NCBI GenBank assembly: GCA_030524345.1
Contig: JAUNGP010000006.1
Location: 15,105-79,104 of the forward strand
Origin: Clostridia bacterium
GTDB lineage: Bacteria > Bacillota > Clostridia > TANB77 > CAG-465
Direction: 5' to 3'
Length of the DNA: 64,000 nucleotides
Below the pieces are notes generated by a model. It made no database searches and was not told where the DNA came from. It was given only the letters and a program-made list of their open reading frames with translations. A program made the translations under genes and the position numbers. Positions 51,328 through 59,937 of the stretch are shown in pieces (the stretch's first letter is position 1; each line of letters starts with the position of its first letter).

Positions 51328-52010
51328 GATAGTTCAACTCTTTCCTTTAAAAGCTCTATCACCATATCTACTGTCTCATCATTTGTAAGAGAAGTAGTAT
51401 CAATTTCAATTGCGTCCTCTGCTTTCCTTAAAGGGGATTCTTTTCTTGTTGAATCTTGTAAATCTCTTTTTAATAATTCTTCCCTTATAATGTCAATATC
51501 TTTTATCTCTCCCTTTTTAGCCAAATCCCTTTGCCTTCTTATCGCACGTATATCTGCAGTAGCACTTAAAAATATTTTTAAAGTAGCATTTGGAAATACC
51601 ACAGTACCAATATCTCTTCCTTCTAAAACCACATTAGAATTTTCTGCCATTTTTCTTTGCAATTCAACTAACTTTTCTCTTACTGGTAAAAATTTTGATA
51701 CATCAGATGCTGCCATACTAGCTTTAGATGTACGGATTTTATCTGTCACATCCTTATTATTTAAAAATACTTTTGTCATATTATCCTCATATGCAAGTCT
51801 TATATCGATACTATCAATATTTCTCTTAATATTTTCTTCTGTAAGCTCTAGTCCTTTTTCTAAAAAATATACTCCTGCTGCTCTATACATAGCACCAGTA
51901 TCAATATACAAAATATTTAATTTTTGTGCTATTCCTTTTGCTAACACAGATTTTCCAGTTGCAGCACAACCATCTATTGCAATAATATAATTTTTATTTG
52001 ATTTTTCCAT
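51324..52010 (-). CDS. cmk: cytidylate kinase
   Basis: IIAIDGCAATGKSVLAKGIAQKLNILYIDTGAMYRA P-loop/NMP-binding. Start at the internal Met with AAGAGGAGAGAGG SD; the ORF-track N-terminal extension of about 59 aa is rejected. Confidence 0.9.
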   Translation of the reverse strand: MEKSNKNYIIAIDGCAATGKSVLAKGIAQKLNILYIDTGAMYRAAGVYFLEKGLELTEENIKRNIDSIDIRLAYEDNMTKVFLNNKDVTDKIRTSKASMAASDVSKFLPVREKLVELQRKMAENSNVVLEGRDIGTVVFPNATLKIFLSATADIRAIRRQRDLAKKGEIKDIDIIREELLKRDLQDSTRKESPLRKAEDAIEIDTTSLTNDETVDMVIELLKERVELS

Positions 52011-52107
52011 AAATATTCCTCTCTCCTCTTTATTTTTCACAAGATTTATGTTATCATATATGTTGATATTTGTAAAGTAATTTTTAACGAAAGGTAGTGA
52101 ATTTATC

Positions 52108-52638
52108 ATGGCAAAAGATTTAGAACTTTTTGATAACAAAATTATAGTATTATATATACTTGACACAAACTCTAAAGCTTTATCCATTGATCAAATTGCA
52201 AAATTTTGTGAAGATTTCGATGATATAACTTACTTTGACATCTGTGCTTATGTAGAAGATTTAAAAGCAAGTAATTATATCAAGGAAGTCTTGCAAGATA
52301 GTAATTTGCTATATGAAATAACAGAAAATGGTATTTTAACATTAAGGGAACTATTAGAACTAATCCCTGGTGTAAATTTATATAATATAAAAAAGATCAT
52401 CAATAAAAATATTGTGAAAGTAAAAACTGATTATTCAATTGATACTGTAACAATCCCTATTAAGTCAGAAGAATTTAAAGTCTCCTGTTATATCAAAGAT
52501 GGTAATGATGAACTTGTGAACATCACAATATATGCTGGAAACAAAAATCAAGCCAAAAATATTTCTAAAAATTGGAATGAAAATGCTGAAAAAATATATT
52601 CAACACTATTAGAAATGATGACAAAAGATGAATTATAA
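52108..52638 (+). CDS. hypothetical protein (possible winged-helix N-terminus)
   Basis: ORF with start overlapping the cmk upstream region. No strong motif. Confidence 0.45.
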   Translation: MAKDLELFDNKIIVLYILDTNSKALSIDQIAKFCEDFDDITYFDICAYVEDLKASNYIKEVLQDSNLLYEITENGILTLRELLELIPGVNLYNIKKIINKNIVKVKTDYSIDTVTIPIKSEEFKVSCYIKDGNDELVNITIYAGNKNQAKNISKNWNENAEKIYSTLLEMMTKDEL

Positions 52639-52735
52639 ATAGATACTATTCGTTTTATTTTTATGATACTTGCATTTTATGAAGTATTATACTATAATAA
52701 ATATGTTAATTTTAAAGCTATAAGGAGTGAATTTT

Positions 52736-54013
52736 ATGTTAGATATAAAGTATATAAGAGAAAATAGTGACATCGTAAAAAAAGCAGCTGAAAATAAACT
52801 AATTCAAGTTGATATAGATCGTTTATTAGAAATCGATTTGCTGCTTCGTAACAAGAATCAAGAGCTTGATACATTAAGAGAAGAAAGAAATAAACTCTCT
52901 TCTTCTATCCCAACTCTTGTAGATCCTGAAAAGAAGAATACAATAGAATATGTAAGAACACTAAAAGATAAAATTTCAGCACTAGAATCAGAAGTTGCAC
53001 CTTTAAAAGAAGAATTTGATAACTTGATGTATGAGGTTCCTGGCGTTCCTTTTGAAGAAGTCCCAATTGGAAAAACAGATGAAGATAATGTAGAAATCAA
53101 AAGGGTTGGCAAAATCCCTACTTTTGATTTTGAAATTAAAGACCATGTAGATTTAGCAGAATCTCTTGATTTAGTAGACATTCCTAGAGGCGTAAAAGTT
53201 GCAGGATCTAGATCTTATTATCTAAAGAATGAAGCTGTATTACTTGAAATGGCTTTATGTAGATATGTTGTTGATAAATTGGTCAAAAAAGGATTTACAC
53301 CAATGACTGTTCCTACACTTGTAAAAGAAGCACCTATGTATGGTACAAGTTATTTCCCTGGCGGACGTGATCAAGCTTATGCAGTAACAGAAGATGAGTT
53401 ATACCTAGTTGGGACTTCTGAAGTAGCTCTTGTCTCTTATCATAGTAATGAGACTTTTGAAAGTGAAGCAGAACTACCAAAAATGTATTGTGGATATTCA
53501 AGCTGTTACAGACGTGAAGCTGGTACTTATGGTAAAGATACAAGAGGTCTTTACAGAGTTCATCAATTTACAAAAATTGAGCAAGTTATCATGTGTAAAG
53601 CAGACTTTGATGAACAATATAGACTACATGACTTTTTACTAAATAATGCAGAGGAAATTCTACAAGACTTAAAAATCCCATACAGAGTTGTTAAAGTTTG
53701 TACTGGTGATATGGGAATTGGACAAGTAAGAAAACATGATATTGAAGCGTGGATGCCAAGTCGTGGCAAATATAGCGAAACACACTCTTGTTCTTCTTTT
53801 AATGATTTCCAAGCAAGACGTAGTAATATCAAATATAAAGATCAAGATGGCAATACAAAATATTGTTATACATTAAATAATACTGCAATTGCCTCACCAA
53901 GAATATTAATTCCGCTTCTTGAATTATATCAAAATGCGGATGGATCTGTAAACATACCAGAAGTTTTAGTTCCATATATGGGTGGTATGACAAAAATAGA
54001 AAAGAAAAAATAA
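52736..54013 (+). CDS. serS: serine--tRNA ligase
   Basis: MLDIKYIREN coiled-coil tRNA-binding arm. Class II motifs (FRRE-like CYRREAG, GxGxGxxR-like region). Confidence 0.95.
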   Translation: MLDIKYIRENSDIVKKAAENKLIQVDIDRLLEIDLLLRNKNQELDTLREERNKLSSSIPTLVDPEKKNTIEYVRTLKDKISALESEVAPLKEEFDNLMYEVPGVPFEEVPIGKTDEDNVEIKRVGKIPTFDFEIKDHVDLAESLDLVDIPRGVKVAGSRSYYLKNEAVLLEMALCRYVVDKLVKKGFTPMTVPTLVKEAPMYGTSYFPGGRDQAYAVTEDELYLVGTSEVALVSYHSNETFESEAELPKMYCGYSSCYRREAGTYGKDTRGLYRVHQFTKIEQVIMCKADFDEQYRLHDFLLNNAEEILQDLKIPYRVVKVCTGDMGIGQVRKHDIEAWMPSRGKYSETHSCSSFNDFQARRSNIKYKDQDGNTKYCYTLNNTAIASPRILIPLLELYQNADGSVNIPEVLVPYMGGMTKIEKKK

Positions 54014-54058
54014 TAATAAACGATATCGAGACTTTAACCATTCTCGATATCGCTTTTT

Positions 54059-54412
54059 TTAAATAATATCTACGGGATAATAGTATAAGAACACTTCATT
54101 AACCGCATCTATTTCAGAATCAAACTCAAAATAGAGCTTCAGTTCTATTGGAAGCTCCTGATATTTTTTCATAATCTTCCGATAATCTTTGGCTGTTCTT
54201 TCCTTTTTAATCAGCCAGTTTAAAAACTTTTCAAGTTTTTTCAGATGTTTTGGCTTAATATCCTTTGTCCTTTCAAAATCAAAGTCTTTCACTTGTTCTA
54301 AAGTTTCATACGCATACGAAATAAGATGCTTAATTGCTCGTTCCCGTTCTACTGCTAAAGCACTATTATACTTTTGTGCTTCTTGTAAAATATTACTTTC
54401 GAAAATTTCCAT
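54059..54412 (-). CDS. hypothetical protein, GC-elevated
   Basis: ORF only. Confidence 0.4.
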   Translation of the reverse strand: MEIFESNILQEAQKYNSALAVERERAIKHLISYAYETLEQVKDFDFERTKDIKPKHLKKLEKFLNWLIKKERTAKDYRKIMKKYQELPIELKLYFEFDSEIDAVNEVFLYYYPVDII

Positions 54413-54569
54413 CGCTTTTCTCTCCTTTCATAATCATATTAGGTTTATATTTTCAATAATCATATTATAACTTGTTTTTGATTTTATGTCAAGCTAATCT
54501 TACTTTTATAACAATATATTGCTTTTTTACCTAATATATGTTATGATATTGATGTTAGTGAGGTAAATT

Positions 54570-55151
54570 ATGTTAAAAAATGTAAAATTTGAAACTTCTA
54601 TATTTAGTGCAAAACAAATTCTTCAAACTGAACTTGAGCAGATTGTTCTTGTTGGTAAATCTAATGTTGGTAAGTCATCCTTTATCAATAGTCTTTGTGG
54701 TCAAAAAAAACTAGCAAAAGTGGGACAAAATCCCGGAAAAACTAGAAGTATCAACTATTATAATGTTAATCAAGAATTCTATTTAGTAGACTTACCAGGA
54801 TATGGATATTCAATTATGTCGCAAAAGGAAAAAGAAAATATAAATCAATTAATAGACCATTATATGAATAAAAATAATAAAATTAAACATATATTCTTTT
54901 TGGTAGATATCAGACATCAGCCTACTGAAAACGACAGAACGATGTATGAATGGTTACTAGATAAAAAAATTCCATTTACCATCATTGCTACAAAAGCTGA
55001 TAAAATTGCAAAAACCAAAATAGATGAGTATACTCTTCAAATAACAAAAACGCTTTTTGCAAAAGAGGAGATCATTGCCTTCTCTAGCGAAAATAAAATA
55101 AATATAGAAAAAATTGAAAATATCATATTAGATGTTATAAAAGCTGACTAA
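54570..55151 (+). CDS. engB: ribosome biogenesis GTP-binding protein YsxC/EngB
   Basis: LVGKSNVGKSSFINSL (G1) and DLPGYG (G3) motifs. Confidence 0.9.
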   Translation: MLKNVKFETSIFSAKQILQTELEQIVLVGKSNVGKSSFINSLCGQKKLAKVGQNPGKTRSINYYNVNQEFYLVDLPGYGYSIMSQKEKENINQLIDHYMNKNNKIKHIFFLVDIRHQPTENDRTMYEWLLDKKIPFTIIATKADKIAKTKIDEYTLQITKTLFAKEEIIAFSSENKINIEKIENIILDVIKAD

Positions 55152-55189
55152 AATCAGCTTTTTTTTATTCAAAAAAAATTGACTAATTG

Positions 55190-55918
55190 TCAATTCTTTA
55201 TATCATTTTCAATTTTTTCTTCTGCCCTACTACTAATTTTATATCCAATAATACCAAGAGCTATAAATAGCGCAACAAGTAATATTGCTATAATAAAATT
55301 TCCTTCAGATAATCTGTTTCCAGCATAAACAGTAATGAATAAACCAGGGATTCTTGAAATAGTAGCAATTATTAAGAATCTCTTTGGATTTACGGGACTA
55401 ATTCCTGCTAAATAGATAAATATATCTTTCGGAATGAGTGGTATCACGAACATGATAAACATAAAAAGTTCCAATTTTTTTGGATTTTTAAATAGCTTTT
55501 TATTTTTAAACTTATCAATCTGCTCTTGGTCAAAAAATAGCTGTATAAAACTAATACCAATTTTCCTAGTTAAATAAAATACAATGAATGTACCAATAAA
55601 GATACCAACTAAACAAAGTAACATTCCACCTAATGTTCCATAAAGCATACCAGAGATAATTTCCATTGGCTGGCCTGGAATGACAGCTACTACAATTTGA
55701 AGTATTTGTAATCCTAAAGTGATTATAACTCCTTTGATTCCCATATTAGCAATATCATCTTTTAATTCTAATCTTGATTCTTCTGTTGCAAGTTTTGAAA
55801 TAAACGGTAAAGCCTTTATTGTAAGATATGTGATCAAACAAATTGTTAAAAATATGATAATTGTTCTTATCAATAGAATCTTTTTTTCCTTTTTTGTTAA
55901 TTTCTCTTTTCTTGTCAT
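55190..55918 (-). CDS. TVP38/TMEM64 (DedA-related) family membrane protein
   Basis: Multi-TM protein with VIPGQPMEIISGMLYG motif. Confidence 0.75.
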   Translation of the reverse strand: MTRKEKLTKKEKKILLIRTIIIFLTICLITYLTIKALPFISKLATEESRLELKDDIANMGIKGVIITLGLQILQIVVAVIPGQPMEIISGMLYGTLGGMLLCLVGIFIGTFIVFYLTRKIGISFIQLFFDQEQIDKFKNKKLFKNPKKLELFMFIMFVIPLIPKDIFIYLAGISPVNPKRFLIIATISRIPGLFITVYAGNRLSEGNFIIAILLVALFIALGIIGYKISSRAEEKIENDIKN

Positions 55919-55998
55919 TATGCAAAACCTCACATTTTCTAATTATAACATATAACGACATTACTTACAATAAAATAACAAAAATATAGAGCAATTTT

Positions 55999-56418
55999 TC
56001 ATACCCTTTTCTTCCCTAAATCTTGTGAAAATCTTAACAAATACCCATCTGGATCCATGATTAAAAACTCCCTATTTCCTAATAATTCATTATCTTTTCT
56101 ATACCAATTTTCCTCCATATCTACCGTAACATCATAATGATTTGCTAACACGTTATGATAGATACAATCTACATTTTTTACTTCTAATTGAAAATTAATT
56201 CCCCTTCCAAACGGGTATTCTAGTTTCCCTGTTTCCCACTTGTTATTCTGAGTATCTAACTCTTGTAACATGAATTGTATTTCTCCTAAAGAAAGAAATA
56301 CAAATTTATCCTCTCTTCTTTCATATTCCAATTGAAAACCTAATATATCTTGATAAAAATGTAATGATTTCTTAATATCTCTAACATCTAACTCTGGTAT
56401 TATTTTATTATAATACAT
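55999..56418 (-). CDS. VOC (glyoxalase/bleomycin-resistance) family protein
   Basis: PELDVRDIKKSLHFYQDILGF beta-alpha-beta-beta-beta motif. Confidence 0.7.
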   Translation of the reverse strand: MYYNKIIPELDVRDIKKSLHFYQDILGFQLEYERREDKFVFLSLGEIQFMLQELDTQNNKWETGKLEYPFGRGINFQLEVKNVDCIYHNVLANHYDVTVDMEENWYRKDNELLGNREFLIMDPDGYLLRFSQDLGKKRV

Positions 56419-56645
56419 AGTCTTTCTCCTTTATACTAATATAATTTTATCATGGAAAAAATAAAATGCAATATAGTTTAAATAAAAACTATATTGCATC
56501 TTACTTTTATTTAACCATATGCCAAGAAAAAATAAGACCCAAGAGAAAAAAGGTCTTATTTTTAATTTAACTTAAAAAACAGGAGGTTATCAAGTTAAAT
56601 AAAGTGTTAAACACCTATTATATATATATTCACATAATACGATAA

Positions 56646-56885
56646 TTATTCCATATGATCTATGATTTTTTCAAATTCCCTTTGCGACAGCACTTTTCCC
56701 TCGCTAACAAGATTATCATTTACAACTAGCCCTGGGATATTTTTCACCCCATATTTCCCCATCGATTTCTGATCATCTAATTTTTCTATTTTTATAATAT
56801 TGTCATGTTCTTCCGCCACACGTGTTATGACTTTGCAAAGTTGTATTCCATTTCTACAGTTTGCACCTATGATTTTAACATTCAT
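56646..56885 (-). CDS. thioredoxin-fold small protein (redox-active-disulfide-protein-2-like) with CxxG instead of CxxC
   Basis: MNVKIIGANCRNG...KYGVKNIPGLVVNDNLVSEGKV resembles the TIGR00412 family. Start chosen at the Met with AAGGAG SD; the upstream part of the ORF-track model is rejected. Confidence 0.55.
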   Translation of the reverse strand: MNVKIIGANCRNGIQLCKVITRVAEEHDNIIKIEKLDDQKSMGKYGVKNIPGLVVNDNLVSEGKVLSQREFEKIIDHME

Positions 56886-57047
56886 ATCCATTCTCCTTTC
56901 CATATCATTTTTTGTTTTTACATTATCTCCTTTACTGATATGCTTATTATAATCAATATTTGTGTTATTTTTATGTTCATTTTCAAAAAATAATGTATGA
57001 ATCCAATGAAAAATACCAGACATCATTTCATATGTCTGGTATCCCAA

Positions 57048-57389
57048 TTATTGCTTTTTGTAATACTCCAAATGTACTTTCTCCCCATTAGACTGAAAGA
57101 TTTCCTCCCCTACATCAAATCCAAGTCTTGATAGAACGTTGTACGTAAAAAGTGGTCCTATACCTCTATATCCTGCCGTAGCGACGGCAATACTTGCAAC
57201 GCACTCAATTTCATTTTCAACAATCCGAAAAAGTTGTAGTGGCCAGGTGTCAGATTCTGAGTAGTTGACTTTGGAGCCTTTTACATAATCAATAACAGCG
57301 ATATGGAAGAATTCTTCTACATCTTTGAAGCTAAATATCTGCTCATATGCAATATCTGTGTATGTTCCTCCAAATTTCATCTTAAACAT
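57048..57389 (-). CDS. hypothetical protein, GC-elevated
   Basis: ORF only. Confidence 0.4.
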   Translation of the reverse strand: MFKMKFGGTYTDIAYEQIFSFKDVEEFFHIAVIDYVKGSKVNYSESDTWPLQLFRIVENEIECVASIAVATAGYRGIGPLFTYNVLSRLGFDVGEEIFQSNGEKVHLEYYKKQ

Positions 57390-57479
57390 GTGCTTCCCCC
57401 TATAATAATTATATTTTTTGTAAAAAAATCGCTGTTAATATTATATCACATTTCAAAGTACTTGTAAATATTATGTAAA

Positions 57480-58436
57480 TCACTTTTGTGATTTCTCTTT
57501 ATTTCTTTTATCATTAATCATATCCATTTCTTTTTCTGTTATGAGAAATACCTTATTTTCTTTTGCCCAAGCAACACAGCCTTTCAAAACAGTATTTAAA
57601 AAGACTCTTGGAACTTTGATAAGTCTTTGACAAGCCTCATCTGTAAATTTAATTTCTGGGTCTATTCTGGAAGCAGCATATTTTACAGTATCTAAACTAA
57701 TTCCTTTGCTTGCTGGAATTGGTTCTGATATAGGTCTTTTAAACCTAGTATACCAAAAATTTTTATTGTCCCTATATCCATAATCAACTGGTATAGCTGG
57801 AAATCCTCCCGCTCTTACACCATTTACGATAGTATCATAATACTGGTTCTTCATTAATATATTATCTATCTTGAGAATAAAATGTGCTCCATGCTCACTA
57901 GTTATTCCATTAAAATCATGGTATGGTGGTAAGTACTCTTCTTTTACAGTATCATTTTGCGCATGATCTAGTTCCTTTACCCAAGTACATTCAAATACTT
58001 GAAATGCCTCTTTTACAATTTTAGGATATTTTTCATTTGGATTCTCTCTTGCCCTTTTTCCATCAACTAGAGTAAAAATACAGTCCTTCATTTTCTCATC
58101 TGTTGTCTCACCTGGATATCCCAGTCTTACTGCCTCCTTAAAATATTTCCTTTTATCAGTTATAAAATTGATACTACATTTTCCGGTTTTTAAAATATTT
58201 TTTGCAGTGTTAGAACTATTTCTACAACAAAGCACCATAGCATAATAATCCTTTCCTGCAATATAATATGGAAAACACAAAGAATAGGAACCTAAATTTG
58301 TCTTTCCATTTTCATTTAATGTACCAATCTCAGTTGTTGGCATTGGAAAAAAACTAGATGTTTGATAGAAATTATCAACAATTCTTAAATTTTTAAATCC
58401 TTCTAATTCCTCTATTTTTTTCATTTCTTCACTCAT
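57480..58436 (-). CDS. flavin-reductase-like (FMN-binding split-barrel) domain protein with C-terminal extension
   Basis: N-terminal region LGSYSLCFPYYIAGKDYYAMVLC...CSINFIT resembles the flavin reductase-like fold. Confidence 0.5.
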   Translation of the reverse strand: MSEEMKKIEELEGFKNLRIVDNFYQTSSFFPMPTTEIGTLNENGKTNLGSYSLCFPYYIAGKDYYAMVLCCRNSSNTAKNILKTGKCSINFITDKRKYFKEAVRLGYPGETTDEKMKDCIFTLVDGKRARENPNEKYPKIVKEAFQVFECTWVKELDHAQNDTVKEEYLPPYHDFNGITSEHGAHFILKIDNILMKNQYYDTIVNGVRAGGFPAIPVDYGYRDNKNFWYTRFKRPISEPIPASKGISLDTVKYAASRIDPEIKFTDEACQRLIKVPRVFLNTVLKGCVAWAKENKVFLITEKEMDMINDKRNKEKSQK

Positions 58437-58456
58437 ATATCTTTCCCCCTTATAAT

Positions 58457-59641
58457 TTATTTTACCAAGTCATATGTGTCTCTTGCTATCATAAGCTCTT
58501 CATTAGTAGGAACAACGTAAAGTTTTACTTTTGAATCATCAGTAGAAATACATACTTCTTTTCCCTTTACTTTATTTCTATCTTTATCTAACTTAATATC
58601 TAAAAATTCTAAATAATTGCATATTCTCTCGCGAGCCTCATATCCATTTTCGCCTACTCCACCAGTAAAAGTGATAACATCGACACCTCCAAGAGAAACC
58701 ATATATTGTGCAATATATTGTGCAATTTTATATGCCTGAGAATCAAGAGCAAGCATAGAACGGCTATCATTATCTTCATATGCTCTTTCTATATCCCTAT
58801 AGTCTTCCGAAACGCCGGATACTCCCCAAGCACCAGATCCCTTATTTAAAATTTTTTCCATTTCTTCTATTGTTAATTTATCACGCTTCATGATATAAGT
58901 TACAATAGAAGGATCAATATCGCCGCATCTAGTAGCCATCGGAATACCAGACATTGGTGTAAGCCCCATAGAAGTCTCTATAGACTTTCCATTCTCTATA
59001 GCACATATAGATGCACCTTGTCCTAAATGGCAATTGATTACTTTCATATTTTGATTACCCAAAATTTCAGCTATTCTACCATATACATACCTATGACTAG
59101 TACCATGGAATCCATATTTCCTAATTTTGTACTCTTCGTAGTACTTATACGGTATTTGATATATATATGCCTCTTTAGGCATAGTCTGATGAAAGGCTGT
59201 GTCAAATACAGCAACCATTGGCACATTAGGTAACTTTTTTTGCATAGCCCTAATTCCAGCAATTCCTTCAGGATTATGTAGTGGTGCAAGAGGAATGCAT
59301 TTTTCTATTTGTGAAATCACTTTTTCATCTATTAAAACAGACTGATTAAAGATTTCTCCGCCATGTACAATTCTATGCCCAACAGCTCCAATTTCATCTA
59401 GTGATTCTAAAGCTTTATACTCATTACTAGTTAATAGTTTTAATACAATGTCTAGTGCTTCTTTATAATCTCTTGCCACATGTTGTATAACATGTTTTGT
59501 TCCTCTCACATTAAGTCTTAAAGATGAATTCTTTCCACCAATCCTCTCATAGTTTCCTTTTACAATTCTCTCTTCATTTTTCATATCAATCAGTTGAAAT
59601 TTTAATGTAGAGCTACCACAATTCAAAACAAATATTTTCAT
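58457..59641 (-). CDS. ackA: acetate kinase
   Basis: MKIFVLNCGSSTLKFQL N-terminus. VHGG motif. AVFDTAFHQTMP. Start at the internal Met with AAAGGAG SD. Confidence 0.9.
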   Translation of the reverse strand: MKIFVLNCGSSTLKFQLIDMKNEERIVKGNYERIGGKNSSLRLNVRGTKHVIQHVARDYKEALDIVLKLLTSNEYKALESLDEIGAVGHRIVHGGEIFNQSVLIDEKVISQIEKCIPLAPLHNPEGIAGIRAMQKKLPNVPMVAVFDTAFHQTMPKEAYIYQIPYKYYEEYKIRKYGFHGTSHRYVYGRIAEILGNQNMKVINCHLGQGASICAIENGKSIETSMGLTPMSGIPMATRCGDIDPSIVTYIMKRDKLTIEEMEKILNKGSGAWGVSGVSEDYRDIERAYEDNDSRSMLALDSQAYKIAQYIAQYMVSLGGVDVITFTGGVGENGYEARERICNYLEFLDIKLDKDRNKVKGKEVCISTDDSKVKLYVVPTNEELMIARDTYDLVK

Positions 59642-59798
59642 AAGACTCACTCCTTTAGTGTCAAATTGATACTTTAGTATATCATAAACCTTGTCTATTG
59701 TAAATTCATTTTTACGATAAATAATGAAAAAACTATCCTTGTACCAATATATGTTAATATTATAGTACAAAAATACAATTTAATTTTACAATAGTACA

Positions 59799-59827
59799 TT
59801 GATTATCACAAAAAACTTATATATAAT
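59799..59827 (+). promoter_or_regulatory. consensus-like sigma-A promoter driving a noncoding transcript convergent with cas9
   Basis: TTGATT, 17 nt, TATAAT. Confidence 0.6.
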
Positions 59828-59833
59828 AAAGAT

Positions 59834-59937
59834 AATACACACCTAACACACACACTCGTTATACTTTCCTATTGTTTTATAATAAATTTGTCACTATCAA
59901 GAAGGATTACTTCCTTCTTGTTTTTATTTTTTTAAAT
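59834..59937 (+). ncRNA. candidate ~100-nt small RNA abutting the cas9 3' end (possible tracrRNA / fixed guide RNA)
   Basis: Defined by the promoter at 59799-59827 and the terminator caagaaggattacttccttcttg plus TTTTTATTTTTTT at 59898-59937. Contains no ATG. The U-tract overlaps the last cas9 codons on the opposite strand. Confidence 0.5.

Noticed and set aside
52011-52187. 59-aa N-terminal extension of cmk in the ORF track
   Set aside because: The internal Met at 52010 is preceded by a strong SD and gives a canonical ~228-aa Cmk. The extension has no SD and lies in the promoter region.
52640-52735. T-box leader upstream of serS
   Set aside because: Only about 95 nt separate the upstream gene from the serS start. 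This is too short for a T-box (>200 nt), and no T-box sequence (AATTAGGGTGG-like) is present.
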